64,000 bases of DNA from Callorhinchus milii (GCF_018977255.1 NW_024704743.1:24554001-24618000), one strand, 5' to 3'; numbered from the stretch's first letter, positions 12,312 to 25,270 are shown. The notes: generated by a model not told the origin, from the letters alone. Numbers and translations: made by a program.

Positions 12312-14157
12312 TGTTTCCTGCCAAAATGTCCTTGATCATACAGTTCATTGCCTTATTTGGTAATCATTTAGCACTGAATTTACAGATTATGTGAATACCG
12401 ACATAATTGTTACCTTCCGCCCAACTGCTTTTCAAAGAAAACAGATTTCTATTCAAGGAAAAGAACAAACACAAAAACAGCCTTCAAATTGTTTCAAGAG
12501 AGTCACATGGTTTCAGCTCCTCACTTAATTTGAGACCAATAAATAATTTTGAACACAATACAAGACTGAATAGTAGCATTTTCAATTATCACAATACCGC
12601 AACCTCGTGATTTGGGCTGACTGATACCAAGTGAGCACGGAGTGACACTGAAAGACATACATATAAATGCTGTGAGACAAACTTGTGTTAATTTTTTTAA
12701 CATACAGTATTACTGTAGTTAGTAGACATATCAAAGCACGTCTACTTACCTCAAGAATCTGTGCTTGAATCCAGTTCTGATTGAAAGGCTAAATGTTTTC
12801 TCTCCTGGTATATTTCTTACAAGTGTTTGGTGCTGACCAAAAGGTCAACCTTTTTTTGTTCCATTTTCTACCATGGATATGCCTCGCTTTGATAAGTCTA
12901 ATAAGAGGCAACCGTGTGCCAGATGATCTGGCAGGCATCCACCGTATCTCCTTTGGCGCTAAACAATTAAATTGTGTGCCCATCGTCTCATTGCTGTCCC
13001 AGAAAGACATCCAGAAGAGAAAAGACTGGTCATATTTGTTGTAAATTTACAAATTTTTGTAAAGAAGCTAATACTTAACATACATGCATGCTTAAGAAAT
13101 GTATCTCGCAGTAATAAATTATTTAAAATTGATTTGTGTTGTCTCTGACTCCTGTTCACGGGTCTCACCAAAGATCACAATTTAAATTAGCTTTAATGAA
13201 ACGGTGACAAGGTTCATCCTTTTTCTTGGACAAAATAAAGTACAACAGTGGGTTCAAATCCTCTGTTGGGACTTGAACTCACATTAATTGCAGTACCAAA
13301 AGAGGGCTGCATTAATGGAGGTGTTAAACTGAGGTTTCTAGTTCTTGTGGGCATCAAAGATCCCATAACTATATAAAAAATATTCCACTGCCTTGGCCTA
13401 AAATCCTCCAGATAAATTGATCTTTTGCCCACAAAACAGAGTCATTGCACTTCACAATATATTCTGGGAGAGCTTTGAGCCGTCCTCCTGATGTGAAAGG
13501 CATGATCTCAAATGTAAGGATTATTATCATCATTCATCTTCATATTGTGTGTAAACTGGATGCTGTATTTGCTATGAAATTAGTCATTTTACTTGAAAAC
13601 AGTGGCATGTTTTAGTTGACAGCCTATTTTACACTTGTTGATGTTTGAAGAGTAATATGTTATTGTTGCATACATCCGTGATTACTTTTTCCACATCCCT
13701 TGGAAAAAAAATAAACCTTTAAGAAGTCACGATTCTTTTAAAAATTGACTTCCTCATTCATAAGTTATGATTAAAGGTGGTTGCAGACCAAATATTCTCC
13801 CCTAAAATATCAATGTTGAGTTAAATTCATTTCCAGAATAAATTACTCACCAACATCTGGATTTGTTTTTCTAAACTGAGTATTTGATCTGTTGAAGCAC
13901 ATTCTGCTTCAAATACAATTTATAGCTTCACTGTATCTGAACACAGAATTGGACATTAAAAGTAAACGATTTGAAGGCTGTTTTTGTGGTTGTTCTTTTC
14001 CTTGAATAGGAATCTGTTTTCTTTGAAAAGCAGTTGGTAACTCTTATGTTGGTATTCACTTAAAATCTATAAATTCATTGTTGAAGCCAAGTTATATTGC
14101 ATTTTAAACAATTCTTTTGGTGAATACTGTGCTCTTCAAAGTGAAGAAAGTTGGGAA

Positions 14158-14520
14158 ATAATAATCCTTGCCTTTGATATAGTGCCTTATCATGTCTTCG
14201 AGATGCCTCAAAATGTTTCACACAATATACTGTAAAGTGAATTGACTGTATATTTTGTGGGCAAAATGTAGCAGCCAATTGCGCACAGCAGTGTCCCACA
14301 AACAGTTGTGGATTGAGTGATCCAATATTATTTAAAGAGATGATTGACCCTGGAAAACGATTCACCAATCGACTATCAACCAGGTTCCTACGTACTGCTA
14401 GGTAAACAGAGGCATGTGGAGTAAGGAAATTTGTCCAATGTTTTGGCCTGCCCGGGAATTGAATTCAGGTACTCTCGCTTGCGAGGCGAGTGCTCTAACC
14501 ACTGAGCTACAGGACTCCAC
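14158..14520 (-). mobile_element. tRNA-derived Deu SINE, older subfamily (longer internal segment)
   Basis: Same head and tail plus extra cctctgtttacctagcagta segment; related copies at ~5970-6250(-), 39919-40260(+), 47775-48147(-), 48897-49245(+). Confidence 0.85.
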
Positions 14521-15115
14521 ATGGGTTTCAGCATATGTCAGACACCTAACTGACCAAAACAAAAAGAGAGTTAAAATCACTACTATGTGCTGTCCACTGT
14601 AATGTAATCGGATGACAGATGATACATCTTCATGACTGCCGTATTGAACTTCTCAGCTTATTAAGGTCCATAAAATCCATCAAATTGGACAAATTATAAA
14701 GGCAGGTGACAACTGTCATATAAGCCAAAAGAAACATTGAACGTAAGATTTATAACATGTGTAAGATTGATTCATATCTGTCTTTCTTGGGGAACAGGGG
14801 GTATAGATGTCTAGGAATTTCAGAAAAGGATCAGTATATGTATTTATCAGTAGAAAAAGTTAGGAAACCCTAGACTAATTAGCAATCTTGCCATGACCTG
14901 TTCACAATGTACATGTCCAAGGACATTCTCCAAGTTAGTGGAATTTGTCACTAGCTGTGGAACAGTCAAAATCCCAATGTGATATAGTGATATTGAATGA
15001 ATATGGATGAGCAACATATTGAAACCAATTATTTGTTATCTAAGCATCAGATAGGCACTTAAGCAGAAATATAGCTTTTAGTGAAAATTTCGCATGGAGA
15101 TTGACCCAGAACTAG

Positions 15116-16085
15116 AAAGAACATAAGAAAGAACATAAGAAATAGGAGCAGGAGTAGGCCATTCTGCTCCTGGAGCCTGCTCTGCTATTTAATAAGATCA
15201 TGGTTGATCTACTAACCTAATTCTATTTACCCACCCTATCCCCAATCCCTAAATCCCTTTAGTTTTTAAAAATCTATCGATCGCAGTCTTGAAAATGTTC
15301 GAGGACAGAGCATCCACAGACTTCTCGGGTAGAGAATTCCATAAATTCACTACCCTCTGAGCAAAGAAATGTTTTCTCAACTCCGTTCTAAAGGGCTGAC
15401 CTTTAATCCTGAGACTATGACCCCCAGTTTTAGATTCTCCAACCAGGGGAAACAGTCTCACACTATCTACCCTGTCAAGACCCTTAAGAATCCTATAGGT
15501 TTCTAATACGATCACCTCTAATTCGTCTGTATTCTAGAGAATATAGGCCTAGTCTACTCAACCTCTCCTTGTAGGTCAACCGCCTCATCCCAGGAACCAA
15601 CCTAGTGGACCTACATCACACCCCCTCTAAGGCGAGTATATCGTTTCTTAGATAAGGCGACCAAAACTGCACGCAATATTCCAGGTGCGGTCTCACCAAT
15701 GGCCTATACAATTGCAGCAAGACTTCCCTACTCTTGTACTCTAACCCCTTTGCAATAAATGCCAACATGCTATTAGCTTGCTAATAATTGCTTGCTGTAC
15801 CTGATCTGATTGCTGTACCTGCTTACTAACTTTCTGTGACTGGTGTACAACGACGCCTAAATCCCTCTGAATGAATCTCTCTGAATGCAAACACTATCTA
15901 GTCTCTCCCCCTCTAGAACCTAATCTGCTTTTTTATTTTTTCTACCTAGGTGAATAACTTCACAGTTCCCCACATTATACTCCATCTGGCACCTTCTTGC
16001 CCACTCACTTAACCCGTCTATATCCCTTTGCATCCTCCTTATGTCCTCTTCACAGCTTACTTTGCCCCCGAGCTTTGTGAAGCTT
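15116..16085 (-). mobile_element. CR1-clade LINE 3' portion
   Basis: ORF 15249-15515 ETYRILKGLDRVD...FFAQRVVNLWNSLP; repeated agaacataagaa tail at 15116-15141. Confidence 0.92.
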
Positions 16086-18724
16086 GGAGCGTTGCATTAT
16101 TCATCCTTTGACCCACATTTGATGGATTCACTGAAGAAGCTGTATTGATTCTCAATAGCAATGAAATGCTCTGCCAAGATTTCCTCTTTGGGAAAACAAT
16201 TCTTTATTCTCAGAGTTGACTAAATTCTTTTTGTCATGTGAAATACCTCAACTTTTGTCCAAATTTCAAATGCAGAAGTATAGGTCAAAATGCAGTATTG
16301 AATATAGGAAGTAAAAATCCACCACCCGATGCCTCCACTCGACTGGCACCGGCCTCCTACTTACCCCTTGTGCCCTCCGAAACTCTGCAACACTCTCCCT
16401 CACCTCCCCCTCCCCATCCTGGCTTAGAGGCAGGCTCCACCACTGTTAAGCTCTCTGAGATGCTACCCTGGCTGGACAGTGCAAGTTGTTGTTATAAAAA
16501 TAAGAGACACTTTTATTCTTACAACACCAACATTACATTTGATAGCATCTTTCATGTCGGGAGGATATCCCAAACGTGGGAAAGAACTTACCAAGAGGAA
16601 AGTTGAAAGAGAACCAGAGTTGTTATCACTTACTATGGTTGTGGGGACAGTAATGAACAAGGTGAACAGGATATTGGAGTTCATTGCCAAATCAGATCCA
16701 CCAAAAATCATGTTCAATTTGTACAGTGTCTTGGTCAGGTTACACCTGGAATAACAGTAAATAATAAAACCCTTGCATTTGGGATAGCGCCTTTCAACTC
16801 AGGAGGATGGCCCTAAATGCTTCACAGGACATACTGTCAAGTGGAGTGATGGCGTGTTTTGTGGACAAACACAGTCGCCAGTTTGTGTACAGCAACATCC
16901 CACAAACAGCCATAAAGCAAATGACAATTTTTTATTTGGAGGATTGTTGGAGCAAGGAAGCTGATCCCCTGTGTTAAAGGGATGATCTATCAGGAACAGC
17001 TCAATAAGCTAGGCTTTTGATCAGCTTTGAAAAGAGACATTTTAGAGCGGATCTTTTAGAGGTAGGTTAGCTGCAAAATTAAATAATAATAATAATAATC
17101 CTTGCATTTGACATAGCGCCTTATCACGTCTTCGAGATGTCTCAAAGTGCTTTACAGAATATACTGTAAAGTGAATTGACTGTATATTTTGTGGAGGAAA
17201 TATACCCCAAATAATAGTTTCAGTTACCATAAGAGAGCATAGCCATCAAAAAATGTTTTGCATGGGTTTATCAGGAAGAGCGGTCAGAACATTGGACTTT
17301 ATAATAATAATAATTCTTGTATTTGATATACAACAACAACAACAAGATTCCATTTATAGAGCGCCTTTCACGTCGGGAGGATGTCCCAAGGCGTGATATA
17401 GTGCCTTATCACGTCTTTGAGACGTCTCAAAGCCCTTCACAGAATATACTGTAAAGTGAATTGACTGCATTTTTTTTTACTTTGGGGATTGTACGAATCT
17501 TTTCGGTAAGCAGGATGTCGGACACTTACCCTAAGAGTATCCAAACCAGACTGTGAGTTCCACATATGTATGCCATTTACACATGGAATTTTTTCTCTGT
17601 GTCTGGAATGGAATGCGTATTCTTTTTGAGGAACACACACTGCCTACCTAATTCTGGAGCATATTAGGTATATTGGAGCATAGAGGCAAGAGAGGCTACT
17701 AACTGAGCCAGGCTGACAGGTTTTGTTAATCGGGACCGCAAATTCCCATATCATTAGACAAATTATAATATTATTCAGCTATAACAATACGCAAAGTAAA
17801 ATGTGTACAACACATACAATACAAAATTACATACCAAGCAAAGCCTGTCCCATCAGTATAACGTTAAGCAGGTTATAACAATAGATAACTTAACATTATG
17901 CAAACTGTATAACAAACAGGAGCAGAATTAATTTTGTTTTCTTTTTCGATTAACTTACGTTCTGGTATGACAAACTATTTAAGAATGCATTTTCAGTGCT
18001 GTTACTGCAATTACGTCAGGCACTTCACACAGTGTGCCCTGAAGACGTACAGAATTTGTCTTGTAAAATATTTTGCATATTAAATCAGTGCAATTATCAG
18101 TTTTGTTGACCTGTACCTATTTATTAATTCCATATGAGCCCAGCAATTTCTATGAAAAGCTGTACTGTTAACATCTACCTACAATTGTTATTGAACCAAG
18201 CAACTGGAGAGCAGCCAGATTTACTGAAAGCAATGCATTCTAAAATAACTTGCTGGCAAAGGATGGCCTCTTATGGCGGTTGAATGAGTATTCCTATGTA
18301 CTAATCATCTCGTCTTTTAGCTGGCAGTCCATTGTAACTATTTTGACCAGTGTTAACCCTGTGACCTTTTTATTTCCCTTTTGGACATTGGGTCAGATTG
18401 TGGATGTAGTAATATAAACTAAAGGCTCGATGATATGGATGCTGTATTTTTCCCAATCAGTGGCTCTGGAACAATTTTTTATAGTGGGGGTACTCCCTGT
18501 ATTGTTGCCCCTGTTACTGATCAGAAGCTGGTGTGGTGGTAAATCATTTATCATCACAGTCATTTGTTATCACACCAGCTTCTGACCAGGAGGAGGTATC
18601 GTGCGTGTGTGTGGGGGGGTGGTGGGGGGATGGGGTGGCGGTGTGGGGGCAGACATTGACAGTGTGGGGAGTGACCGAGTGAAATGGCAGAGTGGGGTGT
18701 TGGGGGTGAGGGGGGAGGTTGCGG

Positions 18725-19240
18725 CTGTGTGATATCTGAGTTGTGATATATGTTGGCGGGTGTCTGGGTGTGTGATATCTAGGACATGATATGTGTGGAG
18801 GGGTATCTGTGTGTGTGATACCTGGTGGGTGTCGTCTGGGTATGTGGTGTCTGTGTGTGTGATATCTGGCGGGGTGGTGTCTGGATGTGTGGTGTCTGTG
18901 TGTGTGATATCTGGAGAGGGGAGTGTCTGGGTGTGTGGTGTCTTTGTGTGTGATATCTGGAGAGGGGAGTGTCTGGGTGTGTGGTGTCTTTGTGTGTGAT
19001 ATCTGGCGGGGGGTGTCTGGGTGTGTGGTGTCTGTGTGTGTGATATCTGGAGAGGGGAGTGTCTGGGTGTGTGGTGTCTTTGCGTGTGATATCTGGCGGG
19101 GGGTGTGGGGGGTGTCTGGGTGTGTGGTGTCTATGTGTGTGATATCTGGAGGGGGGAGTGTCTGGGCATGTAATGTCTAGGACGGTGATATCTGCGGAGC
19201 GGGATCTGGGTGTGTGATATCTGGCGGAGGTGTTTGGGAG
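18725..19240. repeat. G/T-rich minisatellite, ~42-44-bp unit (gtgtgtgatatctggagaggggagtgtctgggtgtgtggtgtct)
   Basis: About a dozen diverged units, each containing gatatct or a close variant. Confidence 0.95.
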
Positions 19241-19550
19241 TGTGTGGGGTGCTGGGGGAGGGTCTGTGCTCAGTCCCATTCCGTGCCAGTGCCTCGGCGC
19301 CAGACTGTTCCGTTCTCCTCGCTACTGTTGAACTGTCTAGCGGCTGCTGCTTACCTTCTGAATCCGTTTATGCATCATGTCCTGTGGGAACAGTCACCTC
19401 TTTCGCTGCTCAGAAAACACATTGCAATCCCTGGCCATGATATCACTCTCCCACTTTGCTTACGGTGCTGGTAGCAGCCTGGCTGTGTGTGGGTGCAGGG
19501 AGCAGCACCATTCAATGCACCTTGTATCTCAAGCTAGAAGTGGAGCTGCA

Positions 19551-19674
19551 TCCCCAGCCCCCTAGTTTCCTCCCCAGCCCCCTAGTTTCCTCCCCAGCCC
19601 CCTAGTTTCCTCCCCAGCCCCCTAGTTTCCTCCCCAGCCCCCTAGTTTCCTCCCCAGCCCCCTAGTTTCCTCCC
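19551..19674. repeat. Perfect 20-bp tandem repeat (tccccagccccctagtttcc) x6
   Basis: Read directly from the sequence. Confidence 0.97.
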
Positions 19675-20924
19675 ATGCCTATGTCAGCTTTAGAATATGG
19701 GGCCCAAGGACCAGCAATTAACCATCAGAGCAAATAAATGCTACCGGATCAAACAGGACCTTGAGCTAACCAAATCTTGGTTGAAAAGATTGGAAAACAT
19801 TTCTAATAGGAAACAGATGTGCAGGCTAAGGAAAACTACACTTTATTTTCAGCATTAAATAAGATTGTGCAAAAAGCTCCAAAATAATACTACATAAACA
19901 TAAATGGACTGGCGGTTGAAGAAAAACATTATTAATTGGAGACTAGACGTACCTTACGGCTATAATAAAATAATAATAATCCTTGCATTTGATGTACCCC
20001 ATCATCAAGATGTATCAAAGCTCTTCTCAGATGTCTGTGTATTTGTAGGTGAATGCCAATTATTACACAGCAATGTGCCACAAACAGCCATGAGTGACCA
20101 ATACCAGCTCATGGCAACAAGATGGATTTTGTCTGGTGATCAGGAAAGTCCCCCCCTTCCTCTTACATCAGGTTTCCTGCACAACAGTAACAAACAGCTG
20201 GTTTGAAATATAGATATGGATTTATGTCTATGTCAAACATACTGAAGGTGATCAATTCCAAGTCTCCTATGGTGGCTACTTGTGCCAAAGTTGTTGTGGT
20301 AAAAGTGTACATCTTAACAGGTGGCTGCATTGTGTTCTTTATCATTTCCAGGTTGATTTATAGTGGAATATGACAATTGGATATGTTTTTATTTACAGTA
20401 TGGAAACCTATATTGATGTATTTTTGCTAGTGTCTCTTAATTTTACTAATGCCAACCTCAGATTATCATATCCGCTATTGATCCAAAGCTTGGCATACCA
20501 TTTTTCTAGCCTTACGGTGAACTCTATGATTTATTACTTGACTGGAATCTGACTGTTATGATGGAATTATTGGCTGAAGTAGATGTGTGAGCAGAATGTA
20601 GCTCACATGTCAAATGAGAAACTGGATACTGGCTAAATGCAAATGAGAACTTACCCTTAAATGAGCTGCAAATGATATTTTAAATCTAATTTTTACATTC
20701 ATTTTTCTCAAATAAAACTCTTTAAGACAATTCTGTCCATTTCTTGCAAATCACAGGTTATGCAGAGTGGGTGTATTTCCTAGACAATTTTATACATCAG
20801 CAAGGAAATGGAGGGTGTGGGAACTGACAGCTGTTGAGTCTCTAGAATGATGTAAATCCTGAATGTAGGGGCTGGCTGGTGACTGTGAAGAATTATCATC
20901 TCACCATTACAATAATAATATTCC

Positions 20925-21390
20925 TTGCATTTAATGCCTTTCACATCACATTTGTCTCAAAGAATTACTGTAAAGTGTAGTGACTATGCACATATAGGTG
21001 AACATGGCAGCAGATGGACATTGAGATGTCTCGAAGCACTTCACAGGATATGCTGGAAAGCAATGTGACTGTGTATTTTGTAGGCAAATGCGTCAGAAAG
21101 GTTGGAAGCAGCAATCTCCCACAAATAGCCATAAAATGAATAACAAATCTTATTGGGGAATTGATGGCCAGGACACCAGAAGAAACTCCCTTTTCTTTTG
21201 GAATAGTGCCAAGGGATTCTTTAACATCCACCTGAAATGGTAGATGGGACCTCGGATTAACTCCTTAGCTAAGGACTTCACTTCCAACAATGTATTGGAG
21301 TGTCAGCCTGGACGATGAGTTCACAATATTTAAAAGGGGCTTGAACTCACAACATTCTTACTCAGTGGAAAAAGTGCTACCAAATGAACC
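20925..21390 (-). mobile_element. Ancient SacSINE1/AmnSINE-like Deu SINE (with an internal insertion)
   Basis: Minus strand reads tggtagcact..ctgagt.agaa.gttgtgagttcaagcccc...aggtggatgttaaaga.tccc.tggcactatt. Related decayed copies at ~13245-13530(+), 46480-46760(-), 47630-47750(-), 56540-56930(+), 62205-62700(+). Confidence 0.7.
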
Positions 21391-21589
21391 AGATTACAGG
21401 ACAGCAACTGCATGTTAAGTTAAAATGGGAAATTAAAAGAAGAACAAGATTTTTTTTAGGGGACTGAGAAGCACATCATTACATTTTTTTAACCAACTAT
21501 TAACAATATAATTTCTTTATTATTGTTCTGCAGCACATCACAAACAGCCAGAAATGAACCTACTAAACATCAGAAATAAGACTTTGAAG

Positions 21590-22400
21590 TTCACAGGATC
21601 AGAAGATTAATCTGGATGAAGAAGGCCCTTTGGTCTATACTATCTCATCCCCCCAGAACACTCACCTTCATGTCCTCCTATCACAGCATCAAGCTGTTTT
21701 TTCTGAGTCTAGCCGCTAACACCTTTCCTGGCAACCTGTTCCAATCATTGATTATCCTCTGGGTAAACAAAAACTTTCTCATATCTAACCTGAAGTTACC
21801 CTTTATAACTGTCCTTGCCAGACTGCGCTGGCTGCCTGTCCCAGAGAGGATCGATTTCAAGATCCTCACCCTTGTATTCAAATCCTTCCACTCCTCTGCA
21901 GCCCCCTACCTCTCTGACCTCCTCTCTCCTCAAAACAGTACCCGTTGCCTTCGTTCCTCTGGGTCGGGCCTCCTGCTCGTCCCCCGAGTCCTCCGCTCCA
22001 CCCTCGGCGGCTGTGCCTTCAGCCACTATGCCCCGAGGCTCTGGAATTCCCTTCCTCACTCCCTTCGCCCCGCTCCCTCTCTTCCTATTTTCAGGTCTCT
22101 GCTCAAGACCTTTCTCTTTGATCGCACTTTTGATCGCCTTCCTCCCCATCCACCTGGCTCAGCGCTGGGATCCGTTACTGTAAAGTGCTCTGAGACGCCA
22201 TCCAGCATGGAGAGCGCTATATAAATCCAAGTTGTTGTTGTAAACCTATGATCACTTGTTCTACTGTCATGATGCATCCTAAAATATTGATCTGGGTTTA
22301 CTTTTTCAATCCCATTTAAAATTTTGTACAGTCCCTTCTCAGACATTTTCTCTTAAGACTGAAGAGCCCCCAACTCGTATAGCTCACCTTTGACCCATCT
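21590..22400 (-). mobile_element. CR1 LINE 3' fragment interrupted by a + strand L2 fragment (~21810-22240)
   Basis: Minus peptides YKILNGIEKV...RTSDHRF and KGNFRLDMRKFLFTQRIINDWNRLP flank an L2 segment (LRWLPVPERIDFKIL...) that ends gttgttgttg. Confidence 0.85.
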
Positions 22401-22782
22401 CGTGGCCCAGTATTCAAGTAAAAAAGTGCAATGATTTGAAAAGAATTGCAAAGATTGTATTTTATTTAGTAATAGCTACATCAACCAGAATGTTTTCATT
22501 AACATGAGCAAAATGATGGGTCAGTTGAGACACTTCAATTGGACCTAGTTTACACAGAGAAAAGCAACCATGGCTCCATCTCATGATACTGAATTTCATT
22601 GGTCAGCGAGGTATTTTACATACATGGAAACCAGTCACCACACCCAGAGCTTCCAAACCAAACTGCCAGTTCTACATAAATACGGGTTTACATGTTTGTT
22701 TGGCATAGAGTGCACATTCTCTTCAAGAGGGAGTCAGGCTGGCTGGTCTGTCATCATCAGCACCTAGAAGTGCCTTGGACCT

Positions 22783-23101
22783 TAATAATAATAATAATAA
22801 TCCTTGCATTTGATATAGCGCTTTTCACGTCGGGAGGACGTCCCAAAGCGCTTCACAGAATATACTGTAAAGTGAATTGACTGTATATTTGTGGGCGAAC
22901 GCGGCAGCCAATTGCGCACAGCAATGTCCCACAAACAGTCGTAGATTGAAAATGACCAATTTATTATTGTTTTGGGTTTTTTGGAGGGATTATTATTAGG
23001 CGTGTGGAGTAAGGAAACTTGCCCAAGGTTTCGCCCTGCCTGGAATTGAACTCAGGTCTCTCGCTTGCAAAGCGAGTGCTCTAACCACTGAGCTACAGGA
23101 C
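22783..23101 (-). mobile_element. Full-length young tRNA-Ala Deu SINE
   Basis: Reverse complement of the 11989 family. Confidence 0.92.
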
Positions 23102-23625
23102 CTTCTTGGTTCAAGAACCAGAAGTCCAAGATCACCAGAAAATTGACCTGATTTCAGTATTTCATTATGAGACAAGTCACCTCGCAGCCAATTCAGAACT
23201 TAAGAAACTGCCCAAGAACACATCTTAATAATAATAATAATAATAATTTGGTCACTCAATCCTTGACTGTTTGTGGGACACTGCTGCGCGCAATTAACTG
23301 CTACGTTTCACCCACAAATATAGTCAATTTGCATTACAGTATATTCTGTGAAGCGCTTTGAAACTTCAAGAAGACATGAAAAATGCTATATCAAATGCAA
23401 GGATTATTATAGGATTATTATCCTACATGTGCGAGTTTGAGGTCACCCCAAATGGCCAGCATCTTCCAGGAACTCTTTGGAAACCTCACAACTCAGCACA
23501 AGATATGAGAGCATCCCCTCATTTCCTCAACCTGACTAATTGCATTAGGGATAGTCCCTGCTTCTTATCAGTAGGGTGGGAACAGCAGTATCCCACAAGC
23601 AGTCGTGGATTGAATGACCAATTTA

Positions 23626-23897
23626 TGTAGCTTAGTGGTTAGAGCACTCGCCTTGCAAGCGAGACATCTGGGTTCAATTCCAGGCAGGGTGGAACCTTGG
23701 GCACGTTTCCTTACTCCACACAGAGCCTAATAATAATCCCTCCAAAAAAAACAATAATAAATTGGTCATTTTCAATCCATGACTGTTTGTGGGACATTGC
23801 TATGCGCAATTGGCTGCTGTGTTTCGCCCACAAATATACGGTCAATTCACTTTACAGTATATTCTGTGAAGCGCTTTGAGACGTCGAGAAGACGTGA
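23626..23897 (+). mobile_element. tRNA-Ala Deu SINE ending at an L2 tail
   Basis: SINE sequence stops at gacgtga, directly followed by the (CAA)n tail of a minus-strand L2. Confidence 0.85.
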
Positions 23898-24330
23898 ACA
23901 ACAACAACAACAAGATTCCATTTACAACACAACAACAAGATTCCATTTATTGAGCGCCTTTCACGTCAGGAGGATGTCCCAAGGCGCTGGACAGTTGGGT
24001 CAGGACCCGAGCAAGGGGGAAATGGTCAGGGTGAGGGGAGGGAAGGGAGGGAGCGAGGAGGGCGTAGAGAGTCGAGAGGGGAGCTGAAGGCTCGGTCAAA
24101 GAGAAAGGTCTTGAGACCGGCCTTGAAGGAGGAAAGGGAGGAGGCGGCGAAGGCACTGGGGGATAGAGTTCCAGAGCCTCGGGGCTGAGAGGCTGAAGGC
24201 CCGGCCACCGATGGTAGGGCGGTTGGGGCGGGGGATGTGGAGCAGACCGGAGCCAGAGGAACGGAGGGTACGGGCAGGTAGGTAGGGGGATAGTAGGTCG
24301 GAGAGGTAGGAGGGAGAGGTAGGAGGGAGC
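23898..24330 (-). mobile_element. L2 LINE 3' fragment with duplicated tail
   Basis: caacaagattccattta occurs twice; minus peptide YLSDLLSPYLPARTLRSS...APRLWNS. Confidence 0.88.
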
Positions 24331-24659
24331 ATTAAAATGAGCCCCAGTGCACAGGGCCACACGACCACATCTCTCCCAAGTTCTCTTTATTTACAAACTT
24401 CCTGCAGAGTGGAGGGATGAGCCACCAGGATACAGAGCAGCCCAGGGAGATGAAGGGGGTGGGGGGTGTGTGAAGCTTATCTGTATCAGTGGGAGATGCT
24501 GAACACACGTAGAGGAAGGAGGAGCTTCTCAGAGGTTTATTAATGGTAACCCACGACATGCTGAAGCCTGGAGTTTCAGAACCTGCTCTGTGCATCCAGC
24601 AGCTGCAGAGCATCTGATGTAGTGAGTAAATCTGCTCCTCTTCTGTCCTGTTTGCGCTG

Positions 24660-25008
24660 TGGGCTCTGAGCTCTGCTCTGGGCTTTGCTCTGAGCTCTGC
24701 TCTGGCTCTGGGCTTTGCTCTGAGCTCTGCTCTGGCTCTGGGCTTTGCTCTGGGCTCTGCTCTGGCTCTGGGCTTTGCTCTGAGCTCTGCTCTGGCTCTG
24801 GGCTTTGCTCTGAGCTCTGCTCTGGCTCTGGGCTTTGCTCTGAGCTGTGCTCTGGGCTCTGAGCTCTGCTCTGGGCTTTGCTCTGAGCTCTGCTCTGGCT
24901 CTGGGCTCTGCTCTGGGCTCTGGGCTTTGCTCTGAGCTCTGCTCTGGGCTTTGCTCTGGGCTCTGCTCTGGCTCTGGGCTTTGCTCTGGCTCTGCTCTGG
25001 CTCTGGGC
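24660..25008. repeat. GCTCTG-based minisatellite (~30-bp higher-order unit gagctctgctctggctctgggctttgctct)
   Basis: Read directly; it generates the low-complexity ORFs in the track. Confidence 0.97.
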
Positions 25009-25270
25009 AGAAACGATATGTGCAACACACCATCCAGGCTTGAAAAACAGACTCTTGCTGGAATGACTCGTGTAACCAGGGCTGGAGCTGCAGCTGCAGC
25101 TATCTATAGACGTGCAGCTGTATTGCCATTCTTCTTAAGGAATAATCCCAGTTGCTGGGATCGAAGTAATGATGATTTCAAAAATAAAATTCAATCAAAT
25201 CTATACTGTATATCGATAGTTTACTGCATTATTTCAAAATAAAACAAATCTCTGTAACTGGGACTATGTG

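Noticed and set aside
12793..13044. MFSLLVYFLQVFGADQK as the collagen signal peptide
   Set aside because: No phase-1 donor to join exon 2; the 28298 exon has correct splice sites, Kozak context and family resemblance.
18526..18548. miR-138 gene
   Set aside because: Only the first 9 nt match the recalled mature sequence and the 3' arm differs. Kept only as an unnamed hairpin.
18779..19279. His/Pro/Thr-rich ORFs
   Set aside because: Translations of the minisatellite, with no splice or domain support.
19551..19674. CRISPR-like array
   Set aside because: Direct tandem units without spacers, in eukaryotic context.
25080..25125. CAGCTG E-box cluster and TATA-like motif as the collagen promoter
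   Set aside because: Short motifs beside low-complexity sequence, with no evidence for a transcription start.
24332..25242. Repetitive ORFs (RAELRAKP, QSRAQSKA, LCSGSG) on both strands
   Set aside because: Stop-free GCTCTG minisatellite open in several frames, which is an artefact.
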